This document shows, piece by piece, positions 6,918-16,200 of a stretch of DNA of 64,000 nt. Numbering within the stretch: position 1 is the stretch's first letter; every line of letters begins with the position of its first letter. This DNA comes from Kiritimatiellia bacterium. GTDB lineage: Bacteria > Verrucomicrobiota > Kiritimatiellia > RFP12 > JAAYLN01. A program made the translations under genes and the position numbers. The stretch is from contig JAZQOA010000072.1 in NCBI GenBank assembly GCA_045627605.1, forward strand, positions 28,005-92,004, read 5' to 3'. The notes under the pieces were generated by a model. The model did no database searches and had not been told where the DNA came from. It saw nothing but the letters and a program-made list of their open reading frames with translations.

Positions 6918-8056
6918 AGGCTTAACAGGAACTCAGTCACAGGCACAGCCGTGACATTCTCGGTGAGTTTCATTGCGCGTTCGCCCCGGTAAAGCAAGGT
7001 CAGTTCCGCTTCTGGGTAATCCTGATGAAAAGCCTCAAGGCCGGAGGCATCCGAGCGGTCGGCGCGTGTGGCGTTTTTGACCTCGATTGCGCGGAAGACA
7101 TTTTCCCCGTAGATGACGAAATCGACTTCCACGCCGCTTTTCGTTCGCCAGAAATAAAGTTGATTGGGTTCGCTCAGGTAATCATTCCACGCCCTGATTT
7201 GCTGATAGACCAGACCTTCAAGGCAGGCGCCCTCGATTTCCGTTGCCCGGTCAAGGGGGCCATGCGGGCGCAGGGCGCGGAAAACACCGGCGTCGAAGAA
7301 GTAGATTTTGTCATGGCCGATGAGCTGGCGTTTGGCCCGTTTGGAGAAAACGGGAAGGCGTGAGACAATCAGCATTTCCTCGAGGATTTCAAAGTAGGTG
7401 TCGACCGTTGATCGTTTGACTCCCGCTTCACGTGCGATTTCACTGGCTGACAGGACGCTCCCGTGCGAGAAACTGGCAATTTCCAGAAAGCGGAAAAATG
7501 AATCGACTTTTCGGATGACGCCTTCCGTGATGAGTTCTTCCTCAATGTAAAGGTCAAGATAGGTCTTCAGGATGTTCTCGCTTGAACCACTTTTCGGGAA
7601 ACGCACCAAGGGGAGCATGCCATATCGAAGTGCGTCTTCAAGGCAAAATGCCTCGCCGAGTTCCCTCGCGAGGAACGGGTGGCACATCCGCTTCGCCGCC
7701 CGACCGCCCAGAAGATCTGCATTCGCATTTCGCTTCAACTTGCGCGCGCTTGAACCCGTCATGATGAATCTGTACCCGTTTTCATTGTCCATCAGCTGAT
7801 GGACGACATCCAGAACTTCCGGCGCTCTTTGGATTTCATCGATGACGACAGTCCGCTTATTCGGTTTTGCATGAATGTAGTTTTTCAAGCGTTCCGGATA
7901 GGCGCGGAGTTCCCGTCGTGTCGCGGGATCAAGCAGGGAGATGATATGGGCTTTGGGGAAGTGTTCCTCAAGCCAGGTGCTCTTTCCCGTTCCTCGGGGA
8001 CCAAAGAGAAAGTAGCTTCCATCAATGTCGGGTAAGACTCTTTTTAAGCGTTTCAT
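6914..8056 (-). CDS. AAA+ ATPase, COG1373/DUF4143 family
   Basis: 380 aa. Walker A GPRGTGKST, Walker B VVIDEIQ, C-terminal region typical of DUF4143 proteins. Visibly lower GC than the surroundings. Confidence 0.8.
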   Translation of the reverse strand: MKRLKRVLPDIDGSYFLFGPRGTGKSTWLEEHFPKAHIISLLDPATRRELRAYPERLKNYIHAKPNKRTVVIDEIQRAPEVLDVVHQLMDNENGYRFIMTGSSARKLKRNANADLLGGRAAKRMCHPFLARELGEAFCLEDALRYGMLPLVRFPKSGSSENILKTYLDLYIEEELITEGVIRKVDSFFRFLEIASFSHGSVLSASEIAREAGVKRSTVDTYFEILEEMLIVSRLPVFSKRAKRQLIGHDKIYFFDAGVFRALRPHGPLDRATEIEGACLEGLVYQQIRAWNDYLSEPNQLYFWRTKSGVEVDFVIYGENVFRAIEVKNATRADRSDASGLEAFHQDYPEAELTLLYRGERAMKLTENVTAVPVTEFLLSL

Positions 8057-8074
8057 AGGTTTGGGGTTGCAGAC

Positions 8075-8103
8075 AATATACTCGTTTTCGGCTAAAGTGT
8101 CAA
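8075..8103 (-). promoter_or_regulatory. sigma70-like promoter of the ATPase gene (TTGACA-N17-TATATT on the minus strand)
   Basis: Reverse complement of 8098-8103 is TTGACA and of 8075-8080 is TATATT, with a 17-nt spacer. The -10 element ends 18 nt upstream of the ATG at 8056. Confidence 0.5.
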
Positions 8104-8104
8104 C

Positions 8105-8161
8105 TTTTTTCCATCGCTAATGTAAAAAGCGCAGCATTTTTTCCATTAGCAATGTAAAAAA
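8105..8161. promoter_or_regulatory. pair of 24-nt palindromic direct repeats (candidate operator sites)
   Basis: TTTTTTCCATCGCTAATGTAAAAA (8105-8128) and TTTTTTCCATTAGCAATGTAAAAAA (8137-8161). Each has the form TTTTT-CAT-N5-ATG-AAAAA, immediately upstream of the -35. Confidence 0.4.
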
Positions 8162-8345
8162 TGCGGTCATAGGCGTTTGGAATGGACGGCCATGTCGCCG
8201 CACTCAGTTTGTTGCACTACTTCGAAGTTCATCAATTCATCGCCGGAGCAATAGCGGAAAATGAGGGTTGGCGTGACAGTTTGTCTATGGACTTCGTCCG
8301 CAGATGGCGGAGTCGCGTCTGTCGACTGTCCTTTTTTTCAAAAAA

Positions 8346-8381
8346 GCCGCCGGACTTCCGTGGAAGTCCGGCGGCCTTTTG
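8346..8381 (-). terminator. rho-independent terminator downstream of blc (A/T runs on both sides, so possibly bidirectional)
   Basis: GCCGCCGGACTTCC-gtg-GGAAGTCCGGCGGC is a perfect 14-bp stem, flanked by TTTTTTT/AAAAAA (8332-8345) and TTTT (8378-8381). Confidence 0.8.
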
Positions 8382-8398
8382 CATGGCGCCTGCGGGAA

Positions 8399-8908
8399 TT
8401 ACGGGAATTCAAGTTCTTCGACTTTGAATCCCATGCCTTTTGCCATGTCGATCAGCGCGTCCCTTTGTTCGACCGGCAAATTCGGATTGCGCGAAAGGAG
8501 CCAGAGGCTCGAACGGTCGTTGCCCGTCACGAGCGAAAGGTCGTAGCCGGGTGAAAGCCACAGGATCTTGTAGTCGCCGTAGAAAGGGCGGAAGAACGAG
8601 ATCCTGAAGTGTCCGACATCGGAGTCGCCGGCGAAATGGCCGACGGCCTTTGCGACTTTCTCCTTGCCGTTCTTCGTCCCGCGGTTGACGATGCGCAGCG
8701 AATCCTTCTCCAGCGAGTAGGTCGCCGTCACGTCCTTGAGGTCGCGTTCGAACCACTGCGGCAGTCGCGCGACCTCGTGCCACGTCCCCATGTATTTGGC
8801 GGCGTCGAAGTTCTGCACGGCGGGCAAGTCACGTGAACTTTGCACCGTGGTGCATCCCGCTGCGGCGCACAATGTCGCCAGTCCCAGATATTGCATCAGT
8901 TTGTTCAT
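8399..8908 (-). CDS. blc: bacterial lipocalin (outer-membrane lipoprotein Blc)
   Basis: 169 aa. Lipoprotein signal ...LCAAAGC, then the lipocalin motif YMGTWHEVARLP and SLWLLSR. GGAGG SD upstream. Confidence 0.85.
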   Translation of the reverse strand: MNKLMQYLGLATLCAAAGCTTVQSSRDLPAVQNFDAAKYMGTWHEVARLPQWFERDLKDVTATYSLEKDSLRIVNRGTKNGKEKVAKAVGHFAGDSDVGHFRISFFRPFYGDYKILWLSPGYDLSLVTGNDRSSLWLLSRNPNLPVEQRDALIDMAKGMGFKVEELEFP

Positions 8909-9251
8909 CGCATACCTCCTTTTTTGTTGTTTCGTCGAACGGGCCCCTCCCGTTTGACGCCATCAATTATGGACTATTTCATTGGGAAATTTCGTTGGAT
9001 TTGCAACATCTCGAAAATTCTTGAAGGAGAGGGGGCAGGCCCCTTTGCATCGAAGTCGCAAAACGTCTCCGTGAGTTGGAAAATGGATATGGGTTGCCAC
9101 TTTCGGCAGTGCAAAAAGGCAATCGGCTACCGGAGCTTGGTCGGCAACATGGAAATTCACGGAGACTGTGATCCAGGACCGCCAAAATGTGCTGCAAAAG
9201 TTTTACTTAACTTTCATTAAGTTAACCGTCGTTAAGTTAACCGAGGTTTGT

Positions 9252-9647
9252 TTAGTGGCAGTGGTGGCCGCAGTGGCTGCAGCTGCCGCCGCAGGAATGG
9301 CCTTCGTCGTGCCGGCACGTGGCGGACGCCGTTGCCGCGAGTTTGCCGTCGATGAATTGCGCGACGGCGTCGTCGGCCTTGCCTTCGACTCCCGCGAGGA
9401 CCTTGATGCGGGCCGCCGCGAGCATGCCGAGCGCCCCGGGGCCGATGCCGCCGCAGATGACGGTGTCGACCTCGTTCTGGATGAGCCAGATGGCGAGAAG
9501 TTCGTGGCCTTCGCTGGCGGCGTCCGCGACTTCGCTGTCCGTGACCTTGCCGTCCGCGACGGTGTAGAGCTTGAAGAGTTCCGTCTTGCCGAAGTGTTGG
9601 AAGATTTCGCCGTCGGGCGAGTAGGGGATGGCGATTTTGCTGGTCAT
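9252..9647 (-). CDS. NifB/NifX-family (dinitrogenase FeMo-cofactor-binding domain) protein with Cys/His-rich tail
   Basis: 131 aa from the ATG at 9647, with GGAG upstream. HFG...F, VICGGIGPGA pattern. C-terminus CRHDEGHSCGGSCSHCGHHCH. Its start overlaps the upstream stop (ATGA). Confidence 0.7.
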   Translation of the reverse strand: MTSKIAIPYSPDGEIFQHFGKTELFKLYTVADGKVTDSEVADAASEGHELLAIWLIQNEVDTVICGGIGPGALGMLAAARIKVLAGVEGKADDAVAQFIDGKLAATASATCRHDEGHSCGGSCSHCGHHCH

Positions 9648-10477
9648 TTGAAGTCTCCGTTGAGCATGGGCCGGGCCTGGGGGAAGTCTTCGGCGAGGGT
9701 CTCCGTGAAGAAGGCGGGGTGGGCGAGGTTCCAGTCGTCCGTGAAGGCCCGTGGGAAGCGCTTGACGAGCGACAAGGTGTAGCGCGCGGCCAGGCGGGCG
9801 TCGAGGACCTTGCACAAGGCGTCGCCAAACCGGAACTCGGAGAGTGCCCCGAGGGCTCGGAAATGCGGTTCGAGGAGGTGGTAGAACTTGGAGTGGTCGC
9901 CGATGTGGCGGCGGGAGGGGACGGCATGCCGTGCGCCGTCGTAGCCGATGGAGACGAGTTGTTCCTTCGCGATGGAGAGGACTTCCTCCGCGCCGCCCCA
10001 TTCCTCGACGCCGTGGAGGAAGGTGTTGCAGCCGATCCCGGTGCCGAGAAACATGATCTTCGCGTTGGCGAGGAGAAGGCGGCGCCAGGGCGAGAAGGGG
10101 CCGGCGGGCGAGTCAAAGCGTTCGTGACCCTCGGTGAAGGCGTCCGCATTTCTCCCGTAGGCGGCGAGCGAATGCGTGGGGTGGAGCGAGCGCACGACGC
10201 CCTCGCGTTTCCTGAAGAGTTCCGGTAGCAGCCCCACGACGCTCTTGGTTTCGCGGACGTCGTAGATGGGCTGGGCGGCGTTGACGTTGCTCCACGTGAG
10301 GGTGGGCATGGCGAAGAGCCCGTCGTCGCGGAAGTAGTCCATGAAGACGTCGAGGACGGTGTCGGCGCGTCCTTCGACCTCCCCGATGGACTTCATCGAG
10401 GAGTGGACGAGCAGGGTGTCGCCGCGCTTGATGCCTGACTTCGCCAGGTCGTCGGCGAGGGATTCGTAGGTGTGCAT
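9644..10477 (-). CDS. AAC(3)-family N-acetyltransferase
   Basis: 277 aa from the ATG at 10477. LLVHSSMKSIG...ADTVLDVF...FAMPTLTW and SLHPTHS fit the aminoglycoside 3-N-acetyltransferase fold family. The Arg-rich extension in the track ORF is rejected. Confidence 0.75.
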   Translation of the reverse strand: MHTYESLADDLAKSGIKRGDTLLVHSSMKSIGEVEGRADTVLDVFMDYFRDDGLFAMPTLTWSNVNAAQPIYDVRETKSVVGLLPELFRKREGVVRSLHPTHSLAAYGRNADAFTEGHERFDSPAGPFSPWRRLLLANAKIMFLGTGIGCNTFLHGVEEWGGAEEVLSIAKEQLVSIGYDGARHAVPSRRHIGDHSKFYHLLEPHFRALGALSEFRFGDALCKVLDARLAARYTLSLVKRFPRAFTDDWNLAHPAFFTETLAEDFPQARPMLNGDFK

Positions 10478-10485
10478 GGCCGGAA

Positions 10486-11823
10486 TTAGTACTGGATGAT
10501 GCTGCCGCCAATGTATTCGCGGAGGATGGAGTAGCCCGGAATGCCCTCTTCGTCGCCGACTTTGAAATGGGTGAGCGAGCCGAGAAGCCGCCGCGCCTCG
10601 ATGTAGGCGGGCGACGCCGGGGAAATGGCCGAAAGCAGGGGCTCCGCGTAATGGCGGAGGACGCCGGGTTCGTAGGCGAGCGTCGTGTCGAAGGTCTCCG
10701 CCGCGTTGCCGGTGAAGGGGCGTATCCACTTTTCCTCGCCGTCGCAGACCGACTGCCACAGGCCGATGGTTTCCTCCGCGCCCCGCGAACGGTACTTGCT
10801 GTCGCGGATGATGCGGCGGATGAGGCGGCCGTCCGCCGGCTTTGAAAGCGGAATCTCGTCGTAGAGATTCGTCGCGGTGTCGGCGAAAATGAGGTGCTTT
10901 TGCGCGGCGGGAATGCTCGGTGTCAGTTCGGGGTTGAGGCTGTGGAGTCCCTCGATGACGATGACGGAGCCGTCGGGCAGGCGCTCTTCGTGGCCTTCCT
11001 TCGCGGGGGCGTGCGTGTGGAAGTCGAAGCGCGGCAGAACGGCGGGCCTGCCGGCGATGAGATCCCGGAGGTTGGCGCCGAGCTGGTCGAGGTCGATGGC
11101 CTTGATGTGCTCGTAGTCGAGGTTGCCGTTTTTATCGCGCGGGTTGAGGGCGTCGCCGACGAAGTAGTCGTCGGTCGAGATCACCAGCGTGCCGATGCCG
11201 TTGTTGTTGAGGTGGTGGGTGAGACGCTTCGCGAAGGTTGTCTTCCCGGCCGACGACGGCCCGCCGATGAGGACGAGCCGCGCGGTGGCGGCGTTTTCCC
11301 CGATGCCCCGGGCCATCGCCTCGATTTCCTCGCCGTGGAAACGCTCGGCAAGCATCTTGATCGAGCGTGTTTCGTGGGCGGAAAGTTTGGCGAGTTCCTC
11401 TTCGGGGAGGTGCGTCACGGATGGCGCAAAGGAGATTTTCACGCCTTTCAGCGCGCGCCGGAAGAGAAACTTGGCGCGGCCGACGTGGAAGTCGGAGGTG
11501 ACGATCGTGATGGCGTCGACCCCGGCGGTCTCGAGGATCGGTTTGGCGAGGGCGGCGTCCTCGACCGTGTTGCGGCTTTCCGCGTGGGGGAGGAACCGCG
11601 ACGCCGCGACGCCATGCTCGACGAGGTACTTGCGCGAGTAGAAGGCGTGGGGCTTGTCGGTGGTGTTGAAGTGGTCGCCCCAGCCGCCGGTCGGGAGGAC
11701 GAGCGCCCCGGGTTGCCGCGCGCATTCCTCGATGGCGCGGTTGGCGCGTTCGAGCGCGATTTGCGAAAGACCGCCGTTCTCGTCGTTGGGTGCGCCGAGA
11801 AGCACGATAGCCGTTTTCCCCAT
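10486..11823 (-). CDS. fusion protein: DUF218 (YdcF/ElyC-like) domain + uridine-kinase/PRK-family P-loop kinase domain
   Basis: 445 aa from the ATG at 11823, with GGAGGAG SD. N-terminus VLPTGGWG...SRNTVEDA (DUF218). C-terminal half has the P-loop GGPSSAGKTT and a Udk-like region. Confidence 0.7.
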   Translation of the reverse strand: MGKTAIVLLGAPNDENGGLSQIALERANRAIEECARQPGALVLPTGGWGDHFNTTDKPHAFYSRKYLVEHGVAASRFLPHAESRNTVEDAALAKPILETAGVDAITIVTSDFHVGRAKFLFRRALKGVKISFAPSVTHLPEEELAKLSAHETRSIKMLAERFHGEEIEAMARGIGENAATARLVLIGGPSSAGKTTFAKRLTHHLNNNGIGTLVISTDDYFVGDALNPRDKNGNLDYEHIKAIDLDQLGANLRDLIAGRPAVLPRFDFHTHAPAKEGHEERLPDGSVIVIEGLHSLNPELTPSIPAAQKHLIFADTATNLYDEIPLSKPADGRLIRRIIRDSKYRSRGAEETIGLWQSVCDGEEKWIRPFTGNAAETFDTTLAYEPGVLRHYAEPLLSAISPASPAYIEARRLLGSLTHFKVGDEEGIPGYSILREYIGGSIIQY

Positions 11824-11854
11824 TGCCTTCTCCTCCTTTTGGGCTTGCCGCCGG

Positions 11855-13177
11855 TTACTTCGCGAACTGCGGGAGGTAGTCCTTGTTGGCCTCGAACATT
11901 TCATCGACCATCGCGCGGATCTCGCGGAGCGAGCAGACCGCCGCGGTGAGCGGATCGTAGCAGATCGCCTGGTAGATCATCTCGCGGTCGCCGCGGAAGC
12001 TGCCCTCGACGGCCATTTCCTCGATCTGCGCGCTGGTGCCGCTGAGGAGCGCCAGCTGCGGCGGGAGCCGGCCGACGTGGATCGGTTCGAGACCGCGGCG
12101 GCTGGCGAGGACGGGCACCTCGACGCAGCATCCTTCGGGAAGGTTGTCCACGAGCCCGAAGTTGCGCACGTTGCCATTGAACTTGAACATCTCGCCGTCG
12201 CCGAAGACGGCGTTGAAGATCGAGGCGGCGTACTCCTGGCCGCGCTTCAGGTCGAGGGGCTGCTTGAACCAGTCCTCGATGTCCTTCTTCCACGAGGTTT
12301 CGCGCTTGCGGTATTCGTTGAGAATGTAGGCGTATTTGCCGGGGTTCCAGCCCGTACCGGGCAGGCAGTACTTCTTGATCAGGTCCTTGCGCTTGTGGAA
12401 CCAGGGGTTGTACTCGCTGTTGTGCCCCGACGACTCCGTGACGTAATAGCCGAGGGCGAGGAACATTTCGTTGCGGACGATCTCCCGCTTGTAGATTTCC
12501 TCGTTTTCGGTGATCGCCTTGCGGATCAGCGGGTAGGCGTCCTTGCCCTTCCACTTGAACTCTGTGTAGAAAGCCTGGTGGTTGATGCCCGCGCACGTGT
12601 AGGTGATCTCGTCCTCGGGGGCGCCGATCCAGCCGGCGAGCATGGCGGCCGTGCCCTGTACGCTGTGGCAGAGGCCGCTGGCCAGGATTTGCGGGTAGGC
12701 GCTTTGCACGGCGCGGCAGAGCATCGCCATCGGGTTGGTGTAGTTGAGGTAGACGGCGCCGGGGCAGTACCTGTCGATATCGCGCGCGATGTCGAGGATG
12801 GGGTTGACCGTGCGGAGGAAGCGGAAGATGCCGCTCGGGCCGCGCGTGTCGCCGACGTTGGTGTCGACGCCGTATTTCTTCGGGATGAGAATGTCGTGCT
12901 GCCAGATGTCGCAGTTGCCGTGGAGGATCGTGGTCACGACGCCGTCGGCGCCCTTGAGGGCCTTGCGGCGGTCCGTTGTCGCGAAGATTTTGGCGGGGTA
13001 CTTGCCTTCCTCGACGATGCGTCTGCAGGCGCGGTAGATGAAGTCGAGGCGCTCGGGGTCGATGTCCATCAGCGCGATTGTCGCGTCGGCAAACGCGGGG
13101 AAGGTGAGCAGGTCGCTGACGAGCTTGCGGGTGAAGCCGAAACTGCCGGCTCCGATGAATGCGATTTTGCGTGACAT
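11855..13177 (-). CDS. glycoside hydrolase family 4 (NAD/Mn-dependent alpha-glucosidase or alpha-galactosidase)
   Basis: 440 aa. [12 protein letters not shown] Rossmann N-terminus, NYTNPMA and GLCHSVQGT motifs typical of GH4. Confidence 0.85.
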   Translation of the reverse strand: MSRKIAFIGAGSFGFTRKLVSDLLTFPAFADATIALMDIDPERLDFIYRACRRIVEEGKYPAKIFATTDRRKALKGADGVVTTILHGNCDIWQHDILIPKKYGVDTNVGDTRGPSGIFRFLRTVNPILDIARDIDRYCPGAVYLNYTNPMAMLCRAVQSAYPQILASGLCHSVQGTAAMLAGWIGAPEDEITYTCAGINHQAFYTEFKWKGKDAYPLIRKAITENEEIYKREIVRNEMFLALGYYVTESSGHNSEYNPWFHKRKDLIKKYCLPGTGWNPGKYAYILNEYRKRETSWKKDIEDWFKQPLDLKRGQEYAASIFNAVFGDGEMFKFNGNVRNFGLVDNLPEGCCVEVPVLASRRGLEPIHVGRLPPQLALLSGTSAQIEEMAVEGSFRGDREMIYQAICYDPLTAAVCSLREIRAMVDEMFEANKDYLPQFAK

Positions 13178-13277
13178 GGTTGCCTTTGGGTTGGAGTTGT
13201 CGAAGACAATGCAAGTATAGCAAAATCCAGATGTTTTTTGTGGCGCATTTCGTAAAACCCCGTATACTTATTGGGTG

Positions 13278-16200
13278 ATGAAAATCAATTTCAATTTTTC
13301 GCAGCCGAACTGGGATGGGCTTGTCGCCGCCGTGCGCATGGGCGACAGGCGCGCCTTCGAGCGGCATTTCGGCGCCTGTCTCCCGATGGGCGGATTCCAG
13401 TCGCTTTGGTTCGGGGCGAAGTCCGGCAAGGCCTACCTCCTCCAGCGCATCGCCGACGAAATCGCGCCTGCGGGCCGCGGGTTCCCTCCCGACTTGAAGT
13501 ACGAATACCGCCGCATGCTGGCCCCGTACAAGCTCTACCGCGAATTTGTCTCGGGGCGCGATGTCGCGGAAGCCCTTGCGCAGGTTGCGGAGGCTTTCAT
13601 CCAGGGCGTCACGCCCGCCGATTTCGACGCGGTGCTTATGGCGGGCGCCATCTGCGTCTTTGCCGGCGACGCCGAAAGGCTGGCGACTTTGTCCGATTTG
13701 CGCGGGGTGCGCGCCGGCATCGGCGCCTCCGACTTCAGGACCTACACCGATGTCTTCGCCGCCTACCGGCTGCTTCTTGAGCGGGGCCCGTCGCAAGGCG
13801 TGCTGTCCCGGCTCGATCTGCTGGGCGATTCCTTTGGCGGCGCCGCCAGCTTCCTGCCGCAGATGCGCGGGAAGTTCCCGCTGACGCATCTCCGCCTTCC
13901 CTGTTTCGAGCTTTACGCCGCCGTGTGCGCGGCGCTTTACAAGGACGCTCCGCTTCGGTGCCTTTCAGTCGGCGTGACGGTGGATTCGCTTCTCCATGCG
14001 CTTGACGATGTTCGCGGCACGGTCGATTGCGCCTTGCTGGCGGATGTTTCCCGTATCCTTGCGGCGGTGGGCGAGGACGGCGGATCCTTCGGCTCGGAGG
14101 CCGTCCCCCCCGGTGCTTTCACGCCGCCTCCCCTGGCGTCGTTCAACCGCCTGCTGATGGCGCATGTCGCCGGGGGCGAAGGGGTGCTCGGGGGCGACGC
14201 CCGGCCGCATGTCGAGGCGGCGCGCGCCCTGGTTGACGCCGGGCAGCTTGTGCTTGGCGCCACGGCGGCGGGGTTCGCCATGGGCTGGCCGTCGGTTTCC
14301 GAGAGTGCCGGCGCCGTGGTTGCCGCGGCGGCGCATTGGGGCGTGAAGCCGCTTTTCAAGATGGATCCCCGTCTCCCGGCATGGCAGCTCGCGCTCGACG
14401 AGCTTGGGAAGTTCATCGACGGCGCGGATGCCGCCCCCGCGGCGGTGCGCGACCCGTTCTTCTGGCTTCTTACCCTTTCAAGGGTTGGGGGGCCCGAGAC
14501 CTTCAAGGTCGTCGATCTCGGCATTTGGCGCCGGCGCGTCCTGAAGAGCGGCAAGCTCGGCAAGGGCAAGGTCCACTCCGTCGGCGAGGCGGAGCGCATG
14601 GTCGGCGAACTCGAGACGCTGCCGCAGGACGACGCGGTCTTCGCGGCGCTTTGGCAGCTTAGCGGCGAATTTGGCTTTCCGCGTGGCTTCCGGTCCGTCG
14701 GGAATCCCGGGAAATTCGCCTGCCTTTTGCGCAGTCTCGTCGGGCATCCGCGTGTCGCCGCGATGGTCGATGGCGAAGATTTCGAGGCGACGCCGATCGA
14801 ACTTTCGGCCTACGCGCCGAAGATCGAGACTTCGCGGACGCCCGAAGGCGAACTTGTGCTGGAGCTTCCGCGCGAATTGCGCGAACTCGGCTCCGAAGCC
14901 GGTTCGGGACGCGCCTTGCTGCGCCTGGGCCCCGGCAAATACGGGGCGCTTCTCTGCGGCGCCGAACTGCAACGTGCCGCCGAGATCATCTTGAAGCGCG
15001 GCTCGGGCGGGAAGGTGGTGATTCCCGGGGCGGCGGCCGAAGACGCCGCCAACCGCATCGCGCAGGCGGCCAAGACCATCCCGATGCATGGCGTCATCAC
15101 GGAAGACGGCGACCTCTCGAAACTCCCGCGCGTCGCGGCGAGCCCCCTGCCGCACCTGCGCCTTTCACTTGAGGACGACGACGCGCTGGAAATCGCCCTT
15201 CGCGTCGTCGTGGACGAAGGCACGGGCAAGGTCGTTTACGCGCCGGGCTTCGGTCCCGGCGAAGTCGTCGCGCGCCAGGCGGGCGAGGCCGTTGCCGTTG
15301 TCCGCGACAAGTCCGCCGAGGAAGCCGCGGCGAAGCCCGTCCGCGACCTGCTGGCGGAATGCCCCGGCGTGAAGGCCATGGGCGTCGACGACTGGCGGGC
15401 CGAGGGCCTGGCGGAGATTCTCGGCGCCCTCGACGGCCTCCGTTCGCTGGGCGATGCCGTGGCCCTCGACTGGCTCGACCCCGACCGCGTCCTCAAGGTG
15501 GCGTCCGTGAGCGGCGCCGCGCTCGATGCCAGGCCCAAGGGCGCGGGCCATTGGTTCGGCGTCTCCGGCAACTTCGACCTCGACAACGGCAAAGTGCTCT
15601 CCTTCGAGGAAATGCTGAAGTCCATGCCCGCCAAGGTCGGCGGCTACGTCCGGCTTTCGGACGGCGAATACGTGCGGGTTTCGCGGAAGTTGCGCGAGAG
15701 GCTCGAAATGCTCGGCGCCGCAGGCGACATGCGCGACGGCGAGCTCGACGTGCCCGTCGCGGCCTTGCCCGCGATTGACGGCGCCTTTGGCGGCGCGGCG
15801 GAAAATGACGGTGCCGCCGCTTTTGCCCTGCCCGAGGCGATGGAGCGCCGCGCCACGCAAATCCGCGACGAGCTGGCGCGTGACGTCGCCGTGCCGGAGG
15901 GGCTTGCCGCCGAGTTGCGCCCCTACCAGCGCGAGGGCTTCGTTTGGCTCGACCATCTTGCCGGGTGCGGCATCGGCGCATGCCTGGCGGACGACATGGG
16001 CCTTGGGAAGACGCTCGAAATCATCGCCGTGCTGCTGGCCCGCGCCGCCGATGGCGCCTCCCTGGTTGTCGCCCCGACCTCGGTCTGCGGAAACTGGGAG
16101 TCCGAGATTCGGCGTTTCGCGCCGGGGCTTGTCCCGAAGCCGGTCGGTGCGCGCGAATCCGCCGCCGAAGTCGTGAAGACCGCGGGACGTGGCGACGTCG

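Noticed and set aside
8176-8250. Possible remnant of a receiver-domain 3' end (GGAATGGACGGCCAT, reading GMDGHVA) that would make the ATPase islet a fourth bracketed insertion
   Set aside because: Only 15 nt match 6768-6782 and similarity vanishes afterwards. By my rough estimate, a 15-mer repeat is expected by chance about once or twice in 64 kb of GC-biased sequence. It is suggestive but not supportable.
9065-9166. c-di-GMP-I or cobalamin riboswitch
   Set aside because: There is a superficial GCAAA...CCGG resemblance only. The conserved cores as I recall them do not align, and the orientation relative to downstream genes is wrong for the plus strand.
9252-10477. Antibiotic-resistance island (AAC(3)) or nitrogenase cluster (NifX-like)
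   Set aside because: There are no mobile-element genes and no flanking repeats, and the GC content is normal. The AAC(3) fold family includes many non-resistance members. No nifHDK/ENB genes are present, so the NifX-like protein is a stand-alone cofactor-binding domain protein.
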